A DNA stretch of 64,000 nucleotides from Takakia lepidozioides (Eukaryota; Plantae; Bryophyta). Position numbers and translations under genes: made by a program. Positions 37,110 to 48,515 of the stretch are shown one piece after another. Every line of letters begins with the position of its first letter. The stretch's first letter is position 1. The stretch spans positions 39,060,001 to 39,124,000 of the forward strand of contig CM060733.1 in the NCBI GenBank assembly GCA_030704615.1, given 5' to 3'. The notes beneath the pieces were generated by a model. It worked only from the letters and a program-made list of their open reading frames with translations, was not told where the DNA came from and made no database searches.

Positions 37110-39067
37110 CTACCAGTAGGGAGATACTACTGGCAGGTTACTGGTGGCCTACTTTGTTCAAAGATGTACACAAGTATTGTCAGAATTGTGATGAATGTCA
37201 GAGGCTAGGACCTTTGCAGAGATCTGGGAAGATGACTTTGCATCCTACAATGCCTACGGAACCATTTCAGAAATGGGGACTAGATTTTGTTGGACCACTT
37301 AACCCACCAGCCAAGAATACACAGAACAGGTACATAATTACAGCCACTGATTATACTACGAAGTGGGTGGAAGCTAAAGCTTTGAGGGACAACACAACCA
37401 AGTCCACAGCAAGGTTTCTGTATGAGAACATATTTACACGATTTGGCTGTCCCTTGGAATTTATCAGTGATCAATGAAGTCACTTCATTAATGAGACCAT
37501 TGAACTATTGACTAAAAAGTTCATGATTGTGCATAGGAAGAGTACAACATATTACCCATAGGATAATGGGCAGGCAGAGGCTACCAACAAAATACTATGT
37601 ACTATCTTGGCTAAGATAGTCAATGCAAACAGAACGGATTGGGATACAAAGCTGCTGACAGCTTTGTGGTCATACATGACTTCATATAAAGTCACCACTA
37701 AGTATACACCATTCCAATTACTTTATGGTATTGAAGCTTTACTTCCAGTGGAATTCCTGTTATCTACCATGAGAACGGAATGGGGAAAGAGAATGGAATT
37801 GCAAGATTCAATTAAGGTCAGGAAACATGAATTATACCATGTGGAAGAAGTATGTGCTGATGCAGCTGATAACATGACCAGAATTCAGATGAAGAGAAAG
37901 GAACAGTTTGATGAAGGCAAGTTAAAGACTTTTAAGACGGGAGATTTGGTTCTCTGGTTGCAGAAGAAGGGAAAGATTAAAGCTTCTAAGCTTAAATCAC
38001 CATGGAAAGGATCTATGTCATACAGAAGATGTATGATAACAACACCGCCATGTTACAAACCATTAACAAAGAGATGCTGGGAAGAGTCAATGCCAATAAG
38101 TTGAAGGGGTACAGTGGTATCCATGACAAACCATTGCAGCATGATTTGCATGTTGAAACGCAGAAGCAGTCACGGGCTGCGCCAGTGATACCAACGGAGT
38201 ATGGAGCACTTGTCGCTAGGCCGAGCGTATATGACCAGGGCGGACAGTACAAGCGCGACACAGCCTATCACAGCCCATCACGGCGCGCCCTACACAGCTC
38301 GTCACAGCCAGTCACAGCTCTAAATGATGAGACTATTTGTTCTGGTTTCCTTCCTTTTTGTTGTTGATTATTTTCCTTGTGGTTTTGTCCTGGTGCCTTT
38401 GTTTTCACCTTGTATGCTCTTCTTTACCTTGGATGTGGCTATGTATTAATCTTTGGTTACCTCTCAATTGTGGATTCAGAGTTCACTAAGCTCTCACAAT
38501 GGTATAAGCATTTGTCATTTTGTGTCCGGAGGATGTGAAGGACTGGGCCACCGATGTCCTTACCGATGTGTTGGAACGCAAAGAAGACTCTCTTCGACGT
38601 TCAGTGAAATGAAACTCTTTTTTTATGAACCAATTTAGGAAAATGCCTCAGAGCTATGGTTATAAAATTGCAGTGTTCATCTCAGTCTCAAAGCACACAC
38701 AGCTATTCTCGTTAAGGGTACCCGGGGACCGTAATAACCCTCTGGCAGCTTCCCAGCCACTCCTCTACCTTCCAAGGTAGGCAATCCTAATTGTTTGTCC
38801 GAGTGTGACCATTTATTTCAGAGTGGCTCTGTATAGCTTCATCTTTACATTGTTCGTCTCCAACACTAGAGTGCAAGCATACCAGGTTTGTAGCATAATC
38901 TATCCCCATGACTTCACTACCCCACTCACTGCTGATCACTTGCAAGTGTCACATACTCAGTTTTTGTGATGAACTACCATAGGGACACATCATATTCGAC
39001 CATAAGTTTCCAGCTAGCATTTGATTGTGCACAACACCAATGTGGCATTCTCTTATGAGGATTCATG

Positions 39068-39693
39068 CCTGACTTAGAGGCTGTAGTTTCCAAAGCCACG
39101 TCTGTTGCCATGAAATTGTCTGATGAAAATGAAGTTAGGCAGAAAACTTCCCTGAACTTGTTTCCAGTCTGTGACATGGGGGAGGACATCATGGATGACC
39201 TCAAGGGTCTACCCACTTTCGGCACTAGACTGAAATTTAAACTCAGGGCAGGAAGCCTACTTTTGAACAGCAAACAGAAGCAGAGAGGAAAGGGAGAGTG
39301 CAATTGCCTGTTGTGTGGGCAACCTGAAGACAATATTCATTTCCTGATTCAGTGCCCGGGGTTCTCTCACCAGAGAGACGCTCTCCTCAAATCTATCAAG
39401 GGGAATTGTGCCTGTACCTCTGTTTACCAACTTTGCAAGTCTCGAGGCTGAGCCGAAAGCCCAGGCCCTTCTGGGGCCTAGTTACTGGGCATCACACACA
39501 GCAAATTGATGCTTTTGTGAAGGGATTTCTAGAGGATATCTGGAAAACCCGGATCAATGCTTTATACCAAGGTAAGTCTTACTACCAACGTCAGCCCCTA
39601 ACAAAGGTAGGTTCTGTCCCTTTGTGTTCCTCTCAAACTGGGCGCGGGGTCAATGGACACAAGGCTACGGCAAACAAGGTCTTATGAGTACAT
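39068..39693 (+). mobile_element. 5'-truncated RTEX-like LINE (family A)
   Basis: Closely similar to 18242-18858. The 17-bp TSD tcttatgaggattcatg lies at 39051-39067 / 39694-39710. Confidence 0.9.
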
Positions 39694-40190
39694 TCTTATG
39701 AGGATTCATGGTCGTTGAGGTGGACAACAGGGTGCATACATTCCTACAAGATGGTAAATGGCACTCAAAGGAAACACGAAGCAAATGTGTTGTGTTTACC
39801 TCTTTTTCACGACATCATACAGCCTCATTTAGGCACCATCAAACTTCCTCTACCCAGATTTGTCCCCATACCTCCCTTTACACATCCTTAGTGGAAAACC
39901 AGTTTTTAGGTGTTCTTTAGTGGCAATCAGATGCACACTAGGTGGCACTTCTTACCGACACATTTTCCTCTCATCTCAGGTGCTTTTAGGCTGCTATTGG
40001 AGGGCCCATCTCTCTTTCTTGTTTCTTGCCATAAGTTCTTTGAGCTTTCCGAGGACGTTACAATGTACCATTTCATTTCGTATCCTAGGTACCAGCTTAT
40101 AGATCCTTCTAGAGAAAAACAGCAAGAGTATGCTCACAAAGCCAACGCGTACAACAGATTTGAGGTTTGAGGGAAGATCAAGGTGTGACA

Positions 40191-40505
40191 TTGGAAGAAG
40201 GTTTTCTCAAATCAGCCCACAATGTCGTTATTTCTGCTCCCACAACCAGTGAGCTCCTTCATAAAATGGAGGTGAGAAGCACCTTCAGCTTTACCGTGTC
40301 TGAGAAATTGTGCATGCCGGAGACCTTCTGAATTGTAGTGCTCAGAAGTTTCTCATAGATTCTGTGAAATATTTTGTTCCAGGTTTTGCTCATTGTTTAA
40401 GTCGCGTTTCTCTCTGACACGCTGCATCTTTTGCAGGCATATGAACCTGTGGAGGACGTGTTCGCCCCAAAGCTGTGCTGGGATGATCTTGCAGCCTCCA
40501 TCTAG
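40191..40505 (+). pseudogene. LOG: Orphan 3' fragment of a LONELY GUY (LOG) cytokinin-activating phosphoribohydrolase gene
   Basis: LEEGFLKSAHNVVISAPTTSELLHKME|GT..AG|AYEPVEDVFAPKLCWDDLAASI* (exons ~40191-40271 and 40437-40505) resembles the LOG C-terminus EEGFI..AR.I.VSAPTA.EL..K.E|.Y.P...APKL.W. No upstream LOG exons were found. Confidence 0.7.
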
Positions 40506-40672
40506 GGACCAGCCTGAAACAGCATTCGTAATGGGGACTCGATTGAGTACATTGTTTGTCTGCTTCAAATATTTTACCCTTGCTGTTCATCGAATTAAAA
40601 TATGCTTGGGCTCTACAAAGCAAAAGGATCATACCGAATTACTGGACAAGTGACCAACTGTACTTGAGATGG

Positions 40673-41858
40673 TAGCTTCAACTAGCTGTGGGAAACAGGC
40701 TTCACTGTACATTCCAGCTCAAGTAAACATAACCGGAGGCTTTGAATGAAACACCAAAAAAACTTTTTGCGATGGTCAGAACAATGGAGGCCGGGGATAA
40801 GAGCATGACCAGCAGCAGGGTTTTTGATGCTCTATCTTCAAAATAGCGCAGCCGCCAATCTCGGATGGGATCGCGTGTCGTCAGCAGCACATTCTCGCAC
40901 TTCAAAATAGTGACCCTCACCAAATTTCGTCCAACTCCAGAACTATCTACAGCGCTTGGAGAGCTACACAGAATCCGCTCCCCTGACAACAACTCCCTGG
41001 CCAAGTTGACTGGGATTTCTCTTCTTTCTATCACCTCGGGTGGCGGGGCCCACAGTCAGCGATCTGCCACCTCAGCCTCGTGTCATTACTCTACTATGGA
41101 TATGGTGGTTTGCTGCTGGGGAGCCCACGCAATATCTACCTTGCGTGCCTCACCATATGCCTCACTATAAGCATGAGTACAGTTCAACACATGAAACTAA
41201 CCACCATGATTGTCCATTCCACCCCCTGTCTTCTTACTTAAACTCCACTCTTCTATCTTTTGGCACAAGGAGGACAGCTGACGTACTTAAGCTAAACAAC
41301 CCAGGTGTTGCCTAAAATAAGCCACCGAGATGCATGCCCACCTTCCCTGCGCAGAGTAGGTTGAACAAATCATACTCTAACACTTTACCAAGGGCCAAGA
41401 GACAAACAGGTCACTGGCAAGAATTGGTTTACAGCAGTGACCTATCAGCCCCGCGCAGATGTGCTGCAGCCAAGGTAGGGGCGTCCATATAGCATCTATA
41501 ATACTCCACAATTGTGTCTTAGTCATCATTCAGGTTGTTGTCACCCAAATTCATCCAAAGTCCAAGCCTCCCATCACCATGGCATGGTTGACTCTTCACT
41601 TGTTCTTACAGCTGTCTAGTGTCAAGTCTCTGCAAATAGATGTTCCATATGCTCACGTACACATACAGCTTTGATGCTCCACATAGAAGGAAACATACAC
41701 AAGGGAACCTTTCATATAGCTATCTCTGGGCAAAGTTACAGTTTCTGGAAGCCATAGTTACAGCACTTGGTCACCGCATTAAACATTTGCCCATCCGGTT
41801 ATGTTTACGTGAGCTGGAATGCACAGTTAAGCCTGTTTCCCGCAGCTAGTTGAAGCTA
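40673..41858. repeat. 65-bp inverted repeat pair enclosing ~1.05 kb
   Basis: 40673-40737 is the reverse complement of 41794-41858 with 4 mismatches. Confidence 0.85.
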
Positions 41859-42135
41859 AAAATGGTGAAGTAAAATGTGGGTCCAGAAAATAGTGAAGGC
41901 TAAGAACTAGGTACCAGAATGTAGGCTTTCTGTACACAGACAACACTACATTTGTCTTTATTTCCTAATCGGGACGTTGACTTTAGACGAAAAATGAGAT
42001 TACACGTCGTGTTGACTGTTTCGTCGCCCCGCAAACGTCGATAAATGAAACCCATGCAGGGAGCAGTATATGGCGATCCATGTGATTGACCTGGACTGGG
42101 TCCCGCAGCGGTGAGGAGCGCGTTGCTAAGAAACT

Positions 42136-42143
42136 ATATAAAC
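42136..42143 (+). promoter_or_regulatory. TATA box of dirigent-like gene
   Basis: ctatataaa, about 220 nt upstream of ATG 42360, followed by an AG-rich leader. Confidence 0.5.
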
Positions 42144-42359
42144 CCCGTCGATAGAGGATGACAGCATTCACCAAATTGAGCTTTCACCGAGACATTCACA
42201 AGAGAAAGAAAGACAGAAAGACAGTTTGTCCCGAAAGACAGAGGGAAAGAGAGAATTGTTTCGTCCACCGGAGGCTCAGAGGACTCAAAGGACAGAAAGC
42301 GGATCAAAGAGAGAGAGAGAGGAGGAGAGGAACTTGTACTCAAAATAAGCTTTAGAACA

Positions 42360-42884
42360 ATGGCTGCCACGAGCTCGCTAGTGGCACTACTCGTAATTGT
42401 AACGCTAGCTGCTCTGCCTGTGCAGGTGATGTCAGTGCGTAGCCACCGAGCCAAGGGAAAACCCAGGTCGTGGACTTGGTATCAATACGAAACATTCGGC
42501 TCAGGAACATTGAATGACGGAATTGGGCCGATCACAAACAACAAGTTGGGTGTGGTCGAAATTCTGGACGAGAGAATGACAGAGACTGCAGAACCGAATT
42601 CAACCTACTACGGTCAAAGTATCGGGACTACAGCTTTTCACTACCACCCAGACAACAGCATCCATGTCCAGCTCGCCCTCTCCAATTATGTGGTCAGTCC
42701 TTACAAAGGGAGCTTCACCCTGCAGGGTCTTGTCAACACTAGTGCACCATCAAGCACGCTTGTCATCACTGGGGGGACTGGCTTCTTCACGCTGGTCAGA
42801 GGATATACCACCACCACCAGCGTCAGCTTTGGACCCGGGAAGGTTGTGGTAAACAAGTGGGTGGCTACATTCTTTTGGTTTTAG
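42360..42884 (+). CDS. Secreted dirigent-like protein (single exon)
   Basis: Hydrophobic signal peptide; G.VEILDERMTE..EPNS...GQSIG; YKGSFTLQG..STLVITGGTGFFTLVRGY dirigent motifs. Confidence 0.85.
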   Translation: MAATSSLVALLVIVTLAALPVQVMSVRSHRAKGKPRSWTWYQYETFGSGTLNDGIGPITNNKLGVVEILDERMTETAEPNSTYYGQSIGTTAFHYHPDNSIHVQLALSNYVVSPYKGSFTLQGLVNTSAPSSTLVITGGTGFFTLVRGYTTTTSVSFGPGKVVVNKWVATFFWF

Positions 42885-43299
42885 AGACACTCTCCATTCT
42901 TAATCAATCTGGCCAAACAGAGTGGACCGGTTCACGGGGAACCTGTTTCTTGGTTGAGGGCCAAATCCTTGCTTGTAAACTACACTCTGAGTTTTCAATT
43001 TGTACTGGAAGCCAAATGGAAGACAGTGACAAGTCCTATCAATTTCTTACACAACAGGGCTGTGGCCCGGCTGAGTCACCTCGTGTATTGGCCTGTGGGT
43101 CATCTGTGCCTCTGCCTTCAGGCTGGGGCTCTGCCCCTGTAATGCCTCCATGCCATATTTTCCCCAGCAGCTGGGGCTGGCGTTTCCTTGGAAGTAAAAA
43201 ATAAAAATAAAACCAAAATATGCTATTTCATTTTTTAAATGTTCTCTTCTTCTTTTCTTTTTTTCCATTTTAATGTTTTATTCATTTTTTGTTTCCTTT

Positions 43300-45930
43300 T
43301 CCTCCCTTTTTTTTCTTAAAAAAATATAAAGGGGATAGAGGCCCTTTTATTCAAATTAAATCAGATAAATGTTCACAAAAATGTGGAAAAAATAACCACC
43401 GGGGAGGCCGTAAGGCTCACTGAGGGGCAACATCCCCGTAACCACAGTATTCGAGCTACAAGCGGGAAAATAAAAAGGGGGGGGGGGGGGGGGGGGGGGT
43501 TTTGCGGGATGTCTCATCCCATGCACCAAGAAGAAACTGGAACTAGAAATCTAGGCCTGATAAGTAACATAAAACCAAGCCTAAGAATGATGACGGGCAG
43601 GGAAGATTAAGAAGACTTTAGATAGTTCAAGGAAGTTGTATCCTATGACAGGAAGCCAGAGAAAAGATGAAAGAGGGCCAAGTACTACAAGCTAAAACCT
43701 CAACTGGGTCCTGAACTTGGTCACACGAGGCTTCTTGTGTCTCCAATTAAAATCCGCATCGTCTCCTTCACCAGGGGACAGTCCAATGAGTTGGAGTGGT
43801 GACTTTTCAGTAGAATCGCAAGTTGGGAAGCATGGTTCCGAGAGTATCATTTTTCCCCCAGGACTGGTGAAAGTCATTGATGAGCTGTCTGCCACGTTCT
43901 TCCGAAGACCTGGAAAGAGCTGCACACAAGGTTCCCCAAGCCTTCCTCCCCTCAGTAAGCAGGTCTTGATATATATTAAACAGAATAGACCTGCCCCTAG
44001 GGGGTCTTCCCTCATACATCTGAGAACACTTAGCCTTTCACAGATTCCACAGGGTTAGAGCCCTCAGACTGGCCCAAACTGGGCATGAAGTAGGACTAAA
44101 AGAAGGCTGGAAATTCAAGAGCAGCAAAGAAGAAGATATGGGGATGGGAAGGTATCCCAATTAGAGTAGAAACACATCACAACTCTCCAAACTCTGGCAG
44201 GAAAAGGGCAGTCAGCCAGGCAGTGTTCAATGGTCTCCGATTGAGCCATGTATGAACCGCAAGAGGAGTTGTTGAACAAGGTCTTGACATTGACTGATAA
44301 GATCCTATGAGCCAATTTCCACAAGAAAGCTGAGATTTTAGCTGCCCTATGTTTCTTCCATATATCTTTCCATACCGAGTCCCAGTTGGCTGCTGACAGG
44401 TTCAAGTGGCTCCACTTTTCAGACCACCTAGATAAGAAAGAGGTGGGAGTCCTCAACAGAGAATAACCCATCTTAACTGTATACGCAAAGAAAGGGGAAT
44501 GGTCTGTCCAACTCCACTCCACTGGGTCAAAACTGTAAAGCAGCCATGGGGTACTTAAGAAACCAAGTGAAGGTAGAGTGCAAGGCCTATTGCATTTCCA
44601 GCCCTAGCGGCGGAGTTGGGTTTGCAGTCCCCTTCTCATCCATCACTTTAATAGGGAAGAGGAGCTGCTTTTGCATATCCAAACAACCCGCGACACGCAG
44701 TTTGCCCTCATAATCTGCCACAAAAGCAATCCCAGAAGCCATATTTCCATTGAGGGAGAGAACCAAAAGGACCTTGTTACCACCATTGCTTGATGCAGCA
44801 GTCCAGATTGGCAGTGTCTCCACATCGTCACCGTTGCTCAACAGTGAAGTGAAGAAATCTAGGATTTCTGCAGTAAGGGAGGACCAGGCCCTAGCACGTC
44901 TGGTGCCCACAAATTGAGACGCAGTAGGTGCAGGAAGAAGGCTGCCCTGCTCCCAAATGCTGCCTAGATGAGTAAGGCCACAGTGCTCCCAGAAACCCCA
45001 CCCTGGTTTTTGAAGAGACAACCTTTCTGAGTTGATTAAGCTGTTCCCAAAAAGGGGCTGATGGTAGGCTTCTGCATAACAGACCGGTCTTCTTTGGACA
45101 AGCTTAGCCCTGATAGACTGCCAAGCCGCCCAAATGGATTGCCATGGGCAAGATCCCAAGTTCACTTTAGCATTTTTCCCCTGAACAATCCATCAAAGGG
45201 AGTCGGCCCACAGGTGGGATGAGGAGGGTTTGGCCGCCATCAGATAGGGCTGGATTAACTTACTCCATGGGCTGTGACGATGAACAATGGCTCTAGGAAT
45301 CCATTTAGCCATAAGGGCCTTGATTTGAGTTGCCGGATCCAAAATACCAAGGCCTCCTTTTTTTTTTGGCTGACACAGTTGTTCCCACGAGAGAAGAGCG
45401 CGCCTCATGGGGGATTGAGTGGTTGCACCCTGGATAAAGTTCCGAATGAGAGCTTTGATTTCTTTCACCATCGAGGTACCCGGGTCCCAAACCGCTGCAG
45501 AAAACCAGCAGGAGCCAAAAAACACTTGGTTTGCCACGAGAGCTCGACCATCGATTGATAGCATGGATGAGCTCCAAGGAGCAAGAGATCTTTTTAACCT
45601 AGAGATGACATTATGCATTCTGCTCTGCTGGGACAGATTAAGACCTATCTGGTGCCCAAGTAGGGTGTGAGAATTGCCCTTACTGAGCCAATTAAGACCA
45701 ATGACTTGCCCCCAAGCGCTACAGTGGGAAGAGGCAGCCTGACTGTGCATCGCCGAGAGGATCCCCATGGATTTCCGCCAATTAATGTTCAAACCAGAAC
45801 CCAAGCAAAAAATGTGCAAGGCCTGTAGCGCACAGTCAATATTCTATTTGTTTGAATTGTCCAGCAGTAAAGTGGTGTCATCAGCATACATGGACAATTT
45901 TATCATTACATCAGGAACAAAGAAAAAGAG
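43300..45930 (-). mobile_element. 5'-truncated, decayed L1-clade LINE
   Basis: KLSMYADDTTLLL; SGLNINWRKS; LSIDGRALVANQV; LCQPKKKGGLGILDP; zf-RVT WKDIWK..KISAFLWKLAH..ETIEHCLADC. C-rich 3' UTR, terminal AAGGGCCTCTATCCCCTT and an A-rich tail. Confidence 0.9.
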
Positions 45931-47899
45931 GGGGGAGTGAGCATGAGGAATCATGCTTACCGCCGGGGGCGAGTCCACCGTCTCCTCGGGCTGCTTCATT
46001 TCTTCAAAACTGTTGTGTGCCCCGTTGGAGGAGTGCAGCATGTCTGCCTCATTATATAGGACGATTTCTCTGTTATTTGGTTGGGCTTTAGTGGGGATGT
46101 GGTGATCTTCCTGTGGTGCTTGAACTGCTGGACCCTTGAGCTTCTGTAGACCGGTGAGTTCAGTCACCATGCGTTGCCCTTCCTCCAGGAGCTGCGAGCC
46201 CAGGTGTTGGGATCATTCACCCTGCAGGACAGGCCAAATCCATCTGCCCACAAACCCTTGAGAGGTTTGACCGATAGCTACAGATCAATGGCGTGAAAGA
46301 TGGGAAGCACATGTACGACTGCCAGATTGACCAGAGCAGGATTGTTCTCCACCATAATCCCTATGTTGAGAATGTGAGGAAGGGAGAGGGAGATTTGGGG
46401 AAAAAACTCCCTCAGAATTTGAGCCGTGAGGCGCAAAGTAATTTCTTTTTCATTCCCAACGCCCAAATCTTTGGCCATCGATTGTGTGACCCAGGCATAG
46501 CAGAATCCTTCCCCCTCGTCCAACACACAAAAATTTATGTAGTTGTCAAAAAAGGTGTAGACGAGAACGATCTAATGCAAACACAATATTAGCATGTCTC
46601 CACCAATGAAAATCTGGGGCCCCTTTTGTGGAGCTAAAAACAAAGCTGTAAACTCTGAAAGACTTTGCAGTTGTGGCTACTATTCTGAATAGTTTTTACT
46701 ATCTCATGTTATTCCAGTGACTACCCTTATTAGGTCGTAGCCGGTTTAGCGCTGAGGACCATAAGGTCCAATAGTTGTCCTAGTTTTTTTTCGCAGCCGA
46801 CATGATAATTCCAAATAAACACAACACAATTTTGAGGGGGAGCAAAAAAAAAACAATGGATGAAACATTTTGTTGCTTTAGCGTTTTTTCTTCTTCTGTT
46901 ATGCGGTTTCTATGTTTCTATCTTGTCTTTCTTGCTTTTACTGTTGGTGTAGACGACCATAGGGTCCATTAGTCCTCAAAGTTGGGAGAGAGAGGAAGGC
47001 AAACATAAAGCTCAAAAATGACCCCTCCAAAGCTTGGGGTCATGAAGCAAATCCGACCACTCAACTTTGACCAACCATATCATCCATCCACCTTGGCCAA
47101 ATAGAGTGAAATCAAGGGCTAAGGATGCCCATATGTTATGCTAGCAAAAAATGAAGATCAACGGCTCTGATCCCGATATGCGAAAAGGGATTAAAAACAC
47201 AATTTTGGCAACTGAAAATGAAATTTGCTTCACGGCCCCACGAGGTTTTATTCTTTCCCCTTATCAAATAAAGTCTTACTGAGGGATACCCCTCTTTTTT
47301 TTTCTTAAAAACAGAACTCCCATGTTCCCTGTTCTTTATTTTTGTTTTCACTTTTTAACTCTAGGTTCGCCCTTGCCCATCTGTCTTATTTTTGTCCCGC
47401 ATTCAAAACAAGCGGCTACCTAGTCATGTAATAGCTTCACCCTAATTACGAAACTGAAAGGCTAGTGCTGGCTGTCCTAATTTTTTGCAAAAAATATTTA
47501 ATGATAAATTTTTTAAATGCAAGGAACAATTTACGAAAAGATAAACTGACTGTGATGGAATTGGAGGGATAAATCTGAAGAGAAGTGAATGTAATGGAAT
47601 TTCATGTGATAGAACTGAAAGGAACTGAATATATTGGAAATCATTGTGATAAAGTTGAAGGGATAAATCTGAAGGGAACTGAATATAATGAAATTATAGC
47701 AGTCAAGTTAGGAATGAACTGGTAACAATAGGGGATCATCTAGAGTATGCGTCTACAAATGGCTATTTACTGGGGAATCTTAATCTTGATAGATATTTAT
47801 TAACTGTGAAGGTACCCAAAAAAAAAAAAAAAGGGTACATGAGAGAAAACAATCCATACGCGGTCTCTCCCTTTCCAATCAAAGTATGAGGGCTTCTTG

Positions 47900-48105
47900 A
47901 GTCCCCTCCTCAGTCATGAAAAACTAAGAAGAAGGAAGAAGCGACTTCCGTCATCAGCCTCCATGGCACTTCCCCACAAGTTATTTTTCCCTCTTTGTAT
48001 CCCGGCCCTGCTGGCCGCATTTTTTAATCTGATTTACAAGGGCCTCTGTCCCCTTTTCTTTAAAAAAGAATACAAAACGAGAAAAAGGAAAAAAGAAAAA
48101 GAAAA
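47900..48105 (+). mobile_element. Short 3'-end remnant related to the L1 3' UTR
   Basis: gttatttttcc..atctgattta..aagggcctctgtcccctt followed by an A-rich tail, matching the L1 3' end near 43330 (minus). Confidence 0.55.
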
Positions 48106-48515
48106 TTTGCTAGAAAATGGGACCCAGATTCGGTTGGAATCTGGTAGATCTGTCATGATTGGCCCAAATGTTATACTGTAGGTGGCAAGGCAAGTTCGCC
48201 AAATGCTCAAAAAATGACTTTTCTAACATTTATAGGGATATTTCTGTAGCGTTTTAGAAAAACGCAACAACGGGTACTTGGCGCTGAAGGGTCCTTTTCT
48301 TTTGAGGGCGACTGAGCAGCTGCAGGGACAGCAGGAATTCAAACAAGGCCAGCAAAATGGAGTGCATGGTGAAGGTAAGCTGACAAGCATTCTGATCATT
48401 TAGACTTACTTCTTCTTTCGTTTGAGTTTCTAACCAAGGACCACACTGTACCCTAACACATGCCAGAAGCTCGGAACATGTTTGAGCTCATAGGAGAGGG
48501 GCAGAAGTAGCAGCC

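Larger units (their letters stand above)
26225..38320 (+). mobile_element. Older non-chromovirus Ty3/Gypsy LTR retrotransposon (Athila/Tat-like integrase), internally deleted, lacking a 3' LTR, interrupted by a nested element
   Basis: gag at 27438-29510. PR/RT/RNaseH are absent (jump near 29845). Integrase is split at 30147/37110 and rejoins in frame as GGHFGEETT|SREILLAGYWWPTLFKD..CDECQR..PFQKWGLDFVGP, with premature stops downstream. Confidence 0.9.

Noticed and set aside
25466-38320. DIRS-like element with inverted terminal repeats
   Set aside because: The element encodes a DDE integrase, not a tyrosine recombinase, and the inverted arms are adjacent rather than terminal.
45950-46600. ORFs adjacent to the L1 5' truncation
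   Set aside because: No L1 or other recognisable motifs; cannot be assigned.
47545-47700. Degenerate ~97-bp duplication containing gggataaatctgaag
   Set aside because: Looks like an ordinary decayed tandem repeat.
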